From Thermodesulfovibrionales bacterium (GTDB lineage Bacteria; Nitrospirota; Thermodesulfovibrionia; Thermodesulfovibrionales; SM23-35): a DNA stretch of 64,000 nt. This document shows, piece after piece, positions 31,482-43,233 of the stretch. The stretch is taken from contig CAVQRT010000030.1 of NCBI GenBank assembly GCA_963715195.1, forward strand, positions 64,001-128,000, given 5' to 3'. A program made the position numbers and the translations under genes. Within the stretch, counting starts at the first letter, position 1; every line of letters starts with the position of its first letter. The notes under the pieces were generated by a model, which was not told the origin of the DNA, searched no databases, and saw only the letters and a program-made list of their open reading frames with translations.

Positions 31482-32895
31482 TCGTCAGTCTCTTAAGGGC
31501 TTTCATCCTGCTAGGATGCTTCAGTTTTCGTAAGGCCTTTGCTTCTATCTGCCTGACTCTTTCACGTGTTATGGAAAGATGCCTTCCTACTTCTTCAAGC
31601 GTATGATCGCGGTCCGCGCCGATGCCGAAGCGCATTCTGATAACCATCTCTTCCTTCGGCGTCAGAGTCTTGAGCACCTGCTGTATCTGCTCCGACGTCT
31701 CTGTTTTCTCTGCATCTGAATAGGGAGACGGGCTGTTTTTATCCCCGATAAAATCCTCGAGTTCGGTATCTTCATCTCCAACCGGTGTCTGCAATGCAAT
31801 CGGATCCTGAATCGCCCGGAAGACCTCTTCAACTTTTCTTGTCGGAACAGTTAACTTCTGGGCAATCTCCTCGTTGGTCGGCTCTCTACCAAGCTGCTGG
31901 GTGAGTTCCCGCGAAGCCTTCGTGACCCTGTTATAGAACTCCATCATATGAACAGGGACACGAATTGTCTTTGTCTGGTCTATCAAAGCTCTTGTTATTG
32001 CCTGTCTGATCCACCATGTAGCATACGTACTGAACTTGAAACCTTTTTCATATTTGAATTTGTCAACAGCCTTCATGAGACCGATATTGCCTTCCTGTAT
32101 CAGATCCAGGAGGGGCAAACCCCTTCCGACATAATTCTTTGCAATATTGACGACAAGCCTGAGGTTTCGTGTTATCAATTCATTCTTTGCTGTTGTTATA
32201 AGTATTTTCGCCTTCAGAATACGGGCCCAGATCGCTTTGATATCATCCACCTTTACTCCGACTTCAGCCTCGACCCTCCGGTAGACTTTCTCAACTTCTT
32301 TCGTTAGCATGTCGAGTTTTATTGTATTGATCTTTTTCCTCTTCTTTTCACGAATGGCAGCTCTGAGCAGCTTTAAAGAACCAAATTTCGTAATTCTTTG
32401 ATCGGTAGATGATATCTCTTTCATGAATGTTTCAAGAACGTTAACGCTCTTCAGAAGTGCCTCGTCCGGTTTCTCCTCTTCAGGGTTCAGTTCTTCCTCA
32501 TCGCCATTCATGCTGGCCTCAAATTTTTTATACAGCGGCAGTGAGGTAACCAGCTCCCGTATGATTGTCTTCCCTTCCTCAAGCCTTTTTGCCAGCTCCG
32601 TTTCCTCATCCTTCGTCAAAATGGAGATATCCCCCATTGAATAAAAATATGCCTGTACGAGATCTTCTGTTTTGTCATATTCTTCCAGTTCCTCTTCCAA
32701 TTCTTCTTCGGGTTGGACTGCATCTTCATGATCAACAACTTTAACACCCATGTCCTGGAGTATGTCCATAAGATCTTCTATTTCATCAGGCGAGAAAAAT
32801 TCGGAAGGCAATGCATCATTGATTTCATCATAGGTGAGGATACCCCTTCGCTTCCCGATATCAATTATTTCTTCAAATATATCTTTTTCTCTCAT
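31468..32895 (-). CDS. RpoD-type (group 1 sigma70) sigma factor
   Basis: Region 1.1 ([11 protein letters not shown]), [44 protein letters not shown]. Start MREKD after an AAGGAG SD. May be a paralog, since no dnaG is upstream. Confidence 0.92.
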   Translation of the reverse strand: MREKDIFEEIIDIGKRRGILTYDEINDALPSEFFSPDEIEDLMDILQDMGVKVVDHEDAVQPEEELEEELEEYDKTEDLVQAYFYSMGDISILTKDEETELAKRLEEGKTIIRELVTSLPLYKKFEASMNGDEEELNPEEEKPDEALLKSVNVLETFMKEISSTDQRITKFGSLKLLRAAIREKKRKKINTIKLDMLTKEVEKVYRRVEAEVGVKVDDIKAIWARILKAKILITTAKNELITRNLRLVVNIAKNYVGRGLPLLDLIQEGNIGLMKAVDKFKYEKGFKFSTYATWWIRQAITRALIDQTKTIRVPVHMMEFYNRVTKASRELTQQLGREPTNEEIAQKLTVPTRKVEEVFRAIQDPIALQTPVGDEDTELEDFIGDKNSPSPYSDAEKTETSEQIQQVLKTLTPKEEMVIRMRFGIGADRDHTLEEVGRHLSITRERVRQIEAKALRKLKHPSRMKALKRLTTTPA

Positions 32896-32916
32896 TTCAC
32901 TCCTTAAGCATACTAA

Positions 32917-32938
32917 GGGGCCTTTTTCAAAAGGCCCC
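32917..32938 (-). terminator. Hairpin between the 23S 3' end and the sigma factor gene (weak terminator)
   Basis: GGGGCCTTTT-GA-AAAAGGCCCC followed only by TTAGT. Confidence 0.5.
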
Positions 32939-33196
32939 AATTCACCTTTGACAACAGGAGGGATAAAATAAGGGTCAAGTCGCACGGTCTATTAGTACTG
33001 GTCAGCTGAATGCATTACTGCACGTACACCTCCAGCCTATCGACGTGGTAGTCTACCACAGACCTTCAGGTGGATTACTCCACGGGAGACCTCATCTTGG
33101 GGCGGGCTTCACGCTTAGATGCCTTCAGCGTTTATCCCATCCAGACATAGCTACCCGGCATTGCCACGGGCATGACAACCGGAACACCAGAGGTCT

Positions 33197-33227
<31 letters not shown>

Positions 33228-33256
33228 AACCCCTCAAGTCTCCTGCGCCTGCAACA

Positions 33257-33293
<37 letters not shown>

Positions 33294-33302
33294 ACTCTCG
33301 TA

Positions 33303-33334
<32 letters not shown>

Positions 33335-33415
33335 AACCTGCTTCAGCTCCAGGATGCGATGAGTCGACATCGAGGTGCCAAACCGGGTCGTCGATGTGAA
33401 CTCTTGGACCCGATA

Positions 33416-33466
<51 letters not shown>

Positions 33467-33785
33467 TCAGTGCCACCGGATCACTAAGCCCTACTTTCGT
33501 ATCTGCTCGGCCCGTCAGCCTCACAGTTAAGCCTCCTTATGCCTTTGCACTCGACAGCTGGTTTCCGTCCAGCCTGAGGAGACCTTTGGACGCCTCCGTT
33601 ACTCTTTGGGAGGCGACCGCCCCAGTCAAACTACCCACCAGACAGTGTTCCTTCCCCCGATCAGGGGGACAGGTTAGAGCCCCAGTAAGGTAAGGGTGGT
33701 ATTTCAACGTTGGCTCCATGGAAACTAACGTCCCCACTTCACCGCCTCCCACCTATCCTACACATACATCACCAAAGCTCACTGC

Positions 33786-33823
<38 letters not shown>

Positions 33824-33906
33824 TTGCAGGTAACCGGCGTCTTCACCGGTATCTCAAGTTCGCCGAGCCCCTCGCCGAGACAGCGCTCAGATCGTTACGC
33901 CATTCA

Positions 33907-33977
<71 letters not shown>

Positions 33978-34671
33978 AGGGCTTCAGTTCAAGGCTTCTC
34001 CCCTTGCGAAGATGACCTCTCCCATTAACCTTCCGGCACCGGGCAGGCGTCAGTGCCTATACCTCCTCTTGCGAGTTCGCAGACACCTGTGTTTTTGCTA
34101 AACAGTCGCCTGAGCCTCTTTACTGCGTCCACCTTACGGTGGAACCCCTTCTCCCGAAGTTACGGGGTCACTTTGCCGAGTTCCTTAGCGAGGGTTCTCT
34201 CGAACGCCTTGGTATCTTCTACCCACCTACCAGTGTCGGTTTGCGGTACGGTCATCCCATGTGCTCCCTACGAGGGTTTTCTCGTCAGTGTGAAATCACC
34301 CGGGTTCAGCCTTACGGCCTTCCCCATCACGCCCCGGCTTTTACGGTGGCCGGATTTGCCTGACCACCAGCCTCAACGCTTGGACCTGAACCATCACCAG
34401 GCCCGGACTATCCTCCTGCGTCACCCCTTCAGTCAAACGCACACAAGACGGTACTGGAATATTAACCAGTTGTCCATCAGCTACGCCTCTCGGCCTCGCC
34501 TTAGGTCCGACTAACCCTGGGCGGATGTCCCTTCCCCAGGAAACCTTAGGTTTACGGCGTCCTGACTTTTCATCAGAATTTGCGCTACTTATGCCGGCAT
34601 AATCTCTTCTGCCACCTCCAGCATGCCTCACGGCACGCCTTCACAGGCCTACAGAATGCTCCCCTACCACT

Positions 34672-34828
34672 CCAATGCTCCGCATCGGAAATTCCAATGA
34701 AACAAATTAAATTCCAAATACATTTCACTCCTCAATGAATGAATATCCAAAGAGGTTTGTATTTCGATTACCTGAATTTGGTTAGGATTGGATGCTTGGT
34801 TATTGGAATTTCCAGTGCGAAGCACTGA
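34672..34828 (-). other. 23S intervening sequence at helix 45
   Basis: About 155-nt AT-rich hairpin between the conserved GCTCCCCTACC and TCCGTAGCTTCGGTG flanks. Confidence 0.85.
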
Positions 34829-35446
34829 AGTCCGTAGCTTCGGTGATATGCTTGAGCCCCGTTACATTTTCGGCGCAGTGTCGCTTGACCAGTGAGCTGT
34901 TACGCTTTCTTTCAATGATGGCTGCTTCTAAGCCAACATCCTGGCTGTCTGCGCAACACCACATCCTTTACCACTGAGCATACCCTTAGGGACCTTAGCT
35001 GACGGTCTGGGCTGTTTCCCTCTCGACTACGAATCTTAGCACCCGCAGTCTCACTCCCAGTGACCATCTCCATGGTATTCGCGGTTTGGTTGGGTTTGGT
35101 ACCCCTTATGAGGCCCTAGCCCATCCAGTGCCCTACCCCCATAAGACTGCACTGAGGCTGTACCTAAATACATTTCGGGGAGAACCAGCTATCACCAGGT
35201 TTGATTGGCCTTTCACCCCTACCCACAGCTCATCCGAGCTTTTTGCAACAAACATCGGTTCGGGCCTCCACGAAGTCTTACCTTCGCTTCACCCTGTCCA
35301 TGGGTAGATCACCTGGCTTCGGGTCTACTAACTGTAACTCATTCGCCCTGTTAAGACTCGGTTTCCCTACGGCTCCTCCCGTCAACGGGATTAACCTCGC
35401 TACAGCCAGTAACTCGCCGGCTCATTAATCAAAAGGCACACCATCA

Positions 35447-35602
35447 CCATGCATAGCATGGAAATCCCAATTTCCAAATTCCAAGGTACAAATACATTCC
35501 CTTTATCCAAGAAAACAGTCTCCCTTCGATCATTGAATTCCGATCATTGGTCTTTATTTGTTTCTTGGTGATTGGTCATTGGAGCTTCCGTGCTATGCAC
35601 GG
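35447..35602 (-). other. 23S intervening sequence at helix 25
   Basis: About 155-nt hairpin between AAAGGCACACCATCA and CTCTGATTGCTTGTAGGC; closing stem TGCATAGCATGGAA/TTCCGTGCTATGCA. Confidence 0.85.
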
Positions 35603-35654
35603 CTCTGATTGCTTGTAGGCATACGGTTTCAGGTTCTATTTCACTCCCTTCACC

Positions 35655-35685
<31 letters not shown>

Positions 35686-35890
35686 CGTCCACTATCGGTC
35701 ATCAGGGAGTCTTTAGCCTTGGAGGGTGGTCCCCCCAGCTTCCCACAGGGTTCCACGTGCCCCGTGGTACTCAGGATACCGCTTCGGTGTCTGTATCGTT
35801 TCGCCTACGGGCCTGTCACCCCCTCCGGATGTCCTTTCCAGAACATTCAGCTACCATACAGTATTCCTACTTGTGCGGTCCTACAACCCC

Positions 35891-36012
35891 CAACCTAACA
35901 CACAGAGTTTAAACGTTTGATGGTCTAACGGTTTAAAGGTTCAAAAACCTCAATGTCTTCCAACCTTTACCCTATCTACCCCTTTAACCCTTAAACTGTC
36001 TGTGTTAGGCTG
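35891..36012 (-). other. 23S insertion or expansion about 275 nt from the 5' end (domain I variable helix)
   Basis: About 120-nt hairpin between GAGCCCAAACC and GGGGTTGTAGGAC, with a closing stem of about 22 bp. Confidence 0.8.
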
Positions 36013-36305
36013 GGTTTGGGCTCTTCCCCCTTCGCTCGCCGCTACTGAGGGAATCTCGCTTGATTTCTCTTCCTCCAGGTACTGAGATGTTTCACTTCCC
36101 CGGGTTCGCTTCGTATGCCTATGTGTTCAGCATACGATATGCCGATTTTAATCGGCATGGGTTGCCCCATTCGGACTCCCACGGATCAACGCTCGCTCGC
36201 AGCTCCCCGTGGATTTTCGTAGCCTGCCACGTCCTTCGTCGCCTCCTGATGCCTTGGCATCCACCATATGCCCTTCCTAACTTGACCCTTACTCTTCCCT
36301 TCTGT

Positions 36306-36353
36306 TGTCAAAGAACAAACAAACTACAATATAAAACTAAAAAAGTAGGCCCC
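36306..36353 (-). promoter_or_regulatory. ITS boxA and 3' arm of the 16S processing stem
   Basis: GTTCTTTGACA boxA-like site; AAAACTAAAAAAGTAGGCCCC is complementary to 37922-37941. Confidence 0.7.
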
Positions 36354-36368
36354 GCATTCATCATTTTT

Positions 36369-37911
<1,543 letters not shown>

Positions 37912-37921
37912 ACTCTTGACT

Positions 37922-37951
37922 GGGGCCTACTTTTTAGTTTTCAAAGAACAC
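37922..37951 (-). promoter_or_regulatory. rrn leader boxA and 5' arm of the 16S processing stem
   Basis: TGTTCTTTGAAAACTAAAAAGTAGGCCCC on the minus strand. Confidence 0.7.
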
Positions 37952-38127
37952 TCTGAAATTCTTCCGGTCACATATATCGTGTTGATGGATGTGAGTCGAT
38001 TGGGATTTCAGAGAAAAATAAAGGCCATACCAAGTAGTATAGCCTTTATATCTAAGATCTACTCGGTTTCTCTACAGTGTTATGAAACCTCTAAATATCA
38101 TCCATGAACCTTTTTTATATCTCATGA

Positions 38128-38159
38128 TTATAGAATATCATTTTTTTGTTGAGAGTCAA
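38128..38159 (-). promoter_or_regulatory. Putative rrn promoter
   Basis: TTGACT-N16-TATTCT with an overlapping TATAAT and AT-rich upstream DNA. Confidence 0.55.
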
Positions 38160-38272
38160 ATAGAAAATAATGGTTATTTTAGCAAGAGTAATACCAAATT
38201 ATAATCATAATTTGACAAAATTGCAATATATCTCTCATTTTTGCACATTATTTTCTATTACGGTCTAAATGT

Positions 38273-38896
38273 TCAGATTTCTGATACGAAGAAATTTTCA
38301 GTTCTTTCACGCCCGATAGTCGTCTCAGGTCCATGTCCCGGCAGTACTCTGATTCGATCAGGAAGCGACATAAGCCGCTGAAAAGACACTTTCAGTTTCA
38401 GGACATCCCCGCCCGGGAGGTCCGTCCTGCCAACAGAACCTGCAAACAGTGTATCCCCCGTAATGACAACCCCTTCTCCATACATGCAGATCCCGCCCGG
38501 ACTGTGCCCCGGGGTGTGGAGAATCTCAAAATGTAAATTGCCGATATTGATCGTGTCGCCGTCTGAAACAAAAATGTCCGGTTGGGGCAAGGGATCAATT
38601 TCAAACCCCCACATCGCAGCATGCTCCTGCGAGCTTTCATAGATCGGGAGATCAGCTTTATGAAGAACAATCTTTGCTCCGGTCTCTTTTTTCAGTTCGG
38701 GGACCGCTCCGACGTGGTCAAAATGAGCATGCGTACAGACAAGGTATTTTACCTTGAGCTTGCTTTCAGTGATAAAGTCCATAATTCTGTCAGGTTCATC
38801 ACCGGGATCGGTAATAAAACATTCTTTCGATATTTCCTCGATGACGAGAAAACAATTGTTTTCGAGCGATCCGACAACAAACTTTTTTACTATCAT
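38273..38896 (-). CDS. MBL-fold metallo-hydrolase (glyoxalase II/YcbL-like)
   Basis: THAHFDH, HTPGHSPG, GDTLF and PGHG motifs. Confidence 0.93.
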   Translation of the reverse strand: MIVKKFVVGSLENNCFLVIEEISKECFITDPGDEPDRIMDFITESKLKVKYLVCTHAHFDHVGAVPELKKETGAKIVLHKADLPIYESSQEHAAMWGFEIDPLPQPDIFVSDGDTINIGNLHFEILHTPGHSPGGICMYGEGVVITGDTLFAGSVGRTDLPGGDVLKLKVSFQRLMSLPDRIRVLPGHGPETTIGRERTENFFVSEI

Positions 38897-38920
38897 ATTT
38901 TTTCCTCCATTCATGTATTT

Positions 38921-40486
38921 TTATTTTCTGAATTTCTTTCTGATCATGATGGCCACGGAATGCAGTTCTTCACTTTTCAGGAGAAAGACAACAGCGAGAT
39001 AAAGCCCGACACATACAACGATCGTTCCACTGAGGTACAAAACCTTTTGAAGGGTATTCCCTTGATTCTCCCAGAACGTTCCATGAAGGAGAACCCATGC
39101 TGATAGCCCCATGATAGCTGATGCAAGAATGCTCTTGAGAAAGGAGGAAAGAATTCTCCGTCCGTCAATGGTTACAAGGCGTTTCCTGAGAAACAGTAAG
39201 AGAACCGTAAAATTCAGACCCGAAGCAAGGGTATTGGCAAGGGCAAGGCCGCTGTGCTTCAGTGGCTGCATAAGGATAATGCTGAAGATGATGTTCGCTG
39301 TGACTGCTATTGCCGCGATCTTTACGGGTGTTTTTGTATCCTGCATCGAGTAGAAACCTGCTGTTGCAATCCGGACACCGACCATTGACCAGATACCAAG
39401 GGAATAAAAGAAAAGGGCATGCGCCGTCTCGACGGTGGCAGCATAATCGAACTGTCCCCTCTGGAAAAGAAGGTGAACGATGGGCTCCCGCAAAGCGATT
39501 AAGCCAGCCATCGCAGGAACAGTAATAAAAAATAATATTCTGAGCGCGTAGGAAAAATCCTCACGGAGTTTGTCGTAGTCTCCCCGCACTGCGTGTTCAG
39601 ATAATGCTGGAAGCACAGCCATCCCCATGGCAACTCCGAATATGCCGACAGGAAATTGAATGAGGCGCATGGAATAGTAGAGATAGGTAATACTGCCTTC
39701 AGGCAGATAAGAAGCAAGGATGGTGCTGACAAAGATATTAATTTGGGCAACAGCCATCCCCATCGTTGCAGGAATCATGAGGACCGCCATCCTCCTGAGC
39801 CCTCTGTGTTTGAAATCAAAATCCGGACGAAGGGAATATCCGGACTGAAAAAAAGACGGAAGTTGAAAAGCAAACTGGATGAGACCACCCAGGGCAACTC
39901 CCCATGCAACTGCAAAGATTGGTTGTTCGATTCTTGCCGCAAAAATGAGCACACAAAGAATGATCGTGATATTGAGTGTCGCAGGGGCAAGAGCCGGAAT
40001 AAAAAAAATACGTCTGGTGTTCAATGCCCCCATAACAAGAGCTGCGAGACTGATAAACAGGAGAAAAGGAAACATGATTCTTGTGAGCGATACGGTAAGG
40101 AAAAATTTCTGGGGCATGCCCGCAAAACCGGGGGCAATTACCGTCACAATTCCGGGGGCAAAAACAATCCCGGCACAACAGATAAGTCCTACGCTCAGCA
40201 GGATAAACGAAAATGTGATTCTGAGAAGTTTCTTCGCCTCTTCCCGGCCGTGCTTCGTCTGATATTCCGTCAGAACCGGTATACATGCGGCCGACATGGC
40301 ACCTTCAGCAAAAAGCTCCCGCAACAGGTTCGGTATTCGGAACGCAACAAAAAAGGTATCCGCAATTCCTGTTGCACCGAAATACCGGGCGAGTATCATG
40401 TCCTTCACATAGCCGAGAATCCGGCTGATGAATGTTGCGATGGATATCAGACCGGCGGCTTGTGCTATTCTTTTTTGTTCGTCCAA
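38921..40486 (-). CDS. murJ: Lipid II flippase MurJ
   Basis: SRILGYVKD, AFRIPNLLRELFAEG and RLIQFPVG motifs. Confidence 0.96.
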   Translation of the reverse strand: MDEQKRIAQAAGLISIATFISRILGYVKDMILARYFGATGIADTFFVAFRIPNLLRELFAEGAMSAACIPVLTEYQTKHGREEAKKLLRITFSFILLSVGLICCAGIVFAPGIVTVIAPGFAGMPQKFFLTVSLTRIMFPFLLFISLAALVMGALNTRRIFFIPALAPATLNITIILCVLIFAARIEQPIFAVAWGVALGGLIQFAFQLPSFFQSGYSLRPDFDFKHRGLRRMAVLMIPATMGMAVAQINIFVSTILASYLPEGSITYLYYSMRLIQFPVGIFGVAMGMAVLPALSEHAVRGDYDKLREDFSYALRILFFITVPAMAGLIALREPIVHLLFQRGQFDYAATVETAHALFFYSLGIWSMVGVRIATAGFYSMQDTKTPVKIAAIAVTANIIFSIILMQPLKHSGLALANTLASGLNFTVLLLFLRKRLVTIDGRRILSSFLKSILASAIMGLSAWVLLHGTFWENQGNTLQKVLYLSGTIVVCVGLYLAVVFLLKSEELHSVAIMIRKKFRK

Positions 40487-40570
40487 TGCCGTCCCCTTTA
40501 TGTTTCGAGGATTATAGCAAATAAGGGAGACGCGTTTGCAAAATATTCAGCCCGCCTTATAATATCCAGC

Positions 40571-41359
40571 ATGGGAATTCTTCAGACAATTGTCTCAAAG
40601 AAAAAACAGGGACTGAGAGATATCAAGGCAACCGTTCCTCTGAGAGAACTCAAAGCAAAGATTACCGATACTAAAAATACAAGGGATTTCCGGGCAGCTG
40701 TAAAACGTCCCTCAGATGGAACCATAAAGCTCATCGCCGAGATCAAGCATGCTTCACCGTCTCAAGGAATCATCAGAAAAGATTTCAACCATCTCACAAT
40801 AGCAACCATATACGAAGAAAAGAATGTTCATACCATTTCCGTCCTTACCGAAGAGAATTTCTTCATGGGGAATCTGGCCTTTCTTCCCGAAGTGAAGAAA
40901 GTTACCTCAAAGCCTGTCTTGAGAAAGGATTTTATTTTTGATGCCTATCAGATTTATGAATCAAGGGCCTATGAAGCAGATGCGATCCTCCTGATCGCTG
41001 CGATACTGGAGAAGAATCAGGCATTTGAATACCTGCACCTTGCCCGGGAACTCGGCCTGTCTGTTCTGTTTGAGGTTCATGACCATCAAGAACTTGAAAC
41101 GGCGCTGCTCATCAACAGTAATATTATCGGAATTAATAACAGGAACCTGCAAACCCTTCAGATAGACTTGAATACAACCTTTGCCCTCAGGAATGAAATC
41201 CCGACAGATAGAATCGTTGTCAGTGAAAGCGGGATACAAAGCAGAAGCGATGTCCGGAAACTCCAGGAGACCGGGGTTGACGCCATGCTCATTGGGACCT
41301 CTTTCATGCAGGCTGAAGATATCGGCAAGAAAATCGACGAATTCATGAGCCCAATGTGA
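40571..41359 (+). CDS. trpC: Indole-3-glycerol phosphate synthase
   Basis: IAEIKHASPS.G, ISVLTE, LRKDF, GINNRNL and VSESGI motifs; true start MGILQ. Confidence 0.96.
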   Translation: MGILQTIVSKKKQGLRDIKATVPLRELKAKITDTKNTRDFRAAVKRPSDGTIKLIAEIKHASPSQGIIRKDFNHLTIATIYEEKNVHTISVLTEENFFMGNLAFLPEVKKVTSKPVLRKDFIFDAYQIYESRAYEADAILLIAAILEKNQAFEYLHLARELGLSVLFEVHDHQELETALLINSNIIGINNRNLQTLQIDLNTTFALRNEIPTDRIVVSESGIQSRSDVRKLQETGVDAMLIGTSFMQAEDIGKKIDEFMSPM

Positions 41360-41371
41360 TACAATGACGTA

Positions 41372-42001
41372 ATGCAGGTCAGGGTGAAAATATGCGGGAT
41401 AACAAATCTCGATGATGCCCTGGCAGCTGTTGATTCCGGTGCAGATGCCATCGGTTTTGTATTCTTTCAGGGAAGCCCCCGATATGTACCACATGATTAT
41501 GCAGCATCAATAATCAGAAAACTCCCGCCAGTCATAACCACAATCGGGGTATTCGTCAATGAGAAGCCTGAACAGATAGAGAAAATAGTTTTACGGACCG
41601 CTATTGATGCGATTCAGCTCCATGGGGATGAACCACCTCATGTATATCCCTTATCAAGACGGGTCATAAAAGCAATCCGGGTTAAGAATCTTGAGAGCCT
41701 TGATCCTCTCATTGATTATCAGGGTGAGGTGTCCGCATTTCTCCTTGATACCTATGCGCCTGATGTTTTCGGGGGAACAGGACGGATATTTAACTGGAAC
41801 ATTGCTTTGGAGGCAAAACAATTCGGAAAAATTATTCTTGCAGGGGGATTAACGCCCGATAACGTTGCTGAGGCTGTCAAGCAAGTAATGCCTTACGGGG
41901 TTGACGTAAGCAGCGGAGTCGAATTAGAAAAGGGCAGGAAAGACCAGAAGAAGATGAAGGTATTTATAGAGAGAGCCAAAGCAGTGCAGACTGCTTCGTA
42001 A
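41372..42001 (+). CDS. trpF: Phosphoribosylanthranilate isomerase
   Basis: VKICGIT, QLHGDE, LAGGL.P.NV and GVDVSSGVE motifs. Confidence 0.96.
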   Translation: MQVRVKICGITNLDDALAAVDSGADAIGFVFFQGSPRYVPHDYAASIIRKLPPVITTIGVFVNEKPEQIEKIVLRTAIDAIQLHGDEPPHVYPLSRRVIKAIRVKNLESLDPLIDYQGEVSAFLLDTYAPDVFGGTGRIFNWNIALEAKQFGKIILAGGLTPDNVAEAVKQVMPYGVDVSSGVELEKGRKDQKKMKVFIERAKAVQTAS

Positions 42002-42016
42002 TGATGACACACTTGG

Positions 42017-42442
42017 TCAATCCGTCGCTGTAATCGCAGATTTCCCCCGCCGCTGAGTCTTTTTTCGCGGTAATCTGTCCCCCTCTGAACTCACTCGAAC
42101 GACGGTTTTGACATTGCCCCTCGGATTGAAATCCCCGATCACTTCGAGAAATCTCGGCTTCAAGGTTCTCTTCAGCCCCGAGTAGATCCTGTTTGTTACT
42201 TCCTCGTGAGATATATACACTCCCCGGAATGAATTTAAATAGAGTTTCACGGATTTTAACTCCACAATATGTTTGCCCGGCACATAAACAATGTCGATCG
42301 TTGCGAAATCGGGATATCCTGAGCGCGGGCACAGGCAGGTAAACTCCGGGAAACTGATATGGATTTCATAATTACGTTCTCTACTCGGATTTTCCCATAC
42401 TTCAAGCACTGCTTTTTCTATCGCTTTCTCTCCGTATTTCAT
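42017..42442 (-). CDS. queF: PreQ1 synthase QueF (type I)
   Basis: [25 protein letters not shown] and PRG motifs. Confidence 0.95.
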   Translation of the reverse strand: MKYGEKAIEKAVLEVWENPSRERNYEIHISFPEFTCLCPRSGYPDFATIDIVYVPGKHIVELKSVKLYLNSFRGVYISHEEVTNRIYSGLKRTLKPRFLEVIGDFNPRGNVKTVVRVSSEGDRLPRKKTQRRGKSAITATD

Positions 42443-42505
42443 GTGGGAAATGTAACATCTGCTCATCCTGATTGTAAAGCCTCGCATCAGATTATCGCGT
42501 CGGAC

Positions 42506-42535
42506 TTGACTTATTTTTTTTAAAAAAACTATACT
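42506..42535 (+). promoter_or_regulatory. Promoter of the rpmH operon
   Basis: TTGACT-N18-TATACT, 14 nt before the rpmH ATG (very short leader, no SD). Confidence 0.7.
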
Positions 42536-42549
42536 TAGTGTTCAGAACT

Positions 42550-42690
42550 ATGGGAACGTATACTACATATAGACCGCACAACAAAAAACGGAAAAAAACT
42601 CACGGCTTTCGGGAGCGAATGAGCTCTTCAGGCGGGCGTAAGATCATCAATAAAAGAAGAGCCAAGGGGCGTAACAGACTTACCGTTTAA
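42550..42690 (+). CDS. rpmH: 50S ribosomal protein L34
   Basis: Below the track cutoff. Translates as [46 protein letters not shown]. Confidence 0.96.
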   Translation: MGTYTTYRPHNKKRKKTHGFRERMSSSGGRKIINKRRAKGRNRLTV

Positions 42691-43049
42691 TGCCTAATGA
42701 TTCTTTGCGCTCCCTGGCGAAGAGACGGGATTTTGAGCTGGTTTTCAAGGAAGGATTGAGTGCTGCTGCAAAGTATCTCGTCGTATACGCAAGGCCCAAC
42801 GAATTGAGCTGGAACCGTCTGGGCCTCTCTGTAAGCAAAAAAATCGGCAATGCTGTTATCAGGAACAGGGTAAAACGTCTTCTGAGGGAAGCAGTAAGGG
42901 AAGTGCTTGAAGGCGCTTCACATCATTATGATTTTGTCATCGTTGCAAAAAAAACAGCTGCTGAAGCCGGACTGGAAAATTTTATCAGGGAGATCGAAAA
43001 ATTCTTGCCAAAAATATCCCATGAGAAATCTTCTGATAGCATTCATTAA
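42690..43049 (+). CDS. rnpA: RNase P protein component
   Basis: [21 protein letters not shown] motif. Confidence 0.96.
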   Translation: MPNDSLRSLAKRRDFELVFKEGLSAAAKYLVVYARPNELSWNRLGLSVSKKIGNAVIRNRVKRLLREAVREVLEGASHHYDFVIVAKKTAAEAGLENFIREIEKFLPKISHEKSSDSIH

Positions 43050-43230
43050 ATTATACAGATATATTGTTTCGCCTCTCCTGCCGACAAGTTGCAGGTTTAT
43101 CCCGTCCTGCTCGGCATACGCTATCGATGCAATTACGAAATACGGCTGTTTCAAAGGATCTTATCTCGCCATGAAGAGGATTCTCCGGTGTCATCCCTTC
43201 CATCAGGGCGGATATGACCCGGTGAAATAA
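43021..43230 (+). CDS. yidD: Membrane protein insertion efficiency factor YidD
   Basis: CRFIPSCS.Y and [14 protein letters not shown] motifs. Confidence 0.95.
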   Translation: MRNLLIAFIKLYRYIVSPLLPTSCRFIPSCSAYAIDAITKYGCFKGSYLAMKRILRCHPFHQGGYDPVK

Positions 43231-43233
43231 TTT

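Noticed and set aside
39656..40570. Apparent 300-aa N-terminal extension or fusion on TrpC
   Set aside because: It is the antisense frame of murJ; TrpC homology begins at ATG 40571.
42443..42549. oriC next to rpmH
   Set aside because: The gap is about 100 nt, with no dnaA and no evident DnaA boxes.
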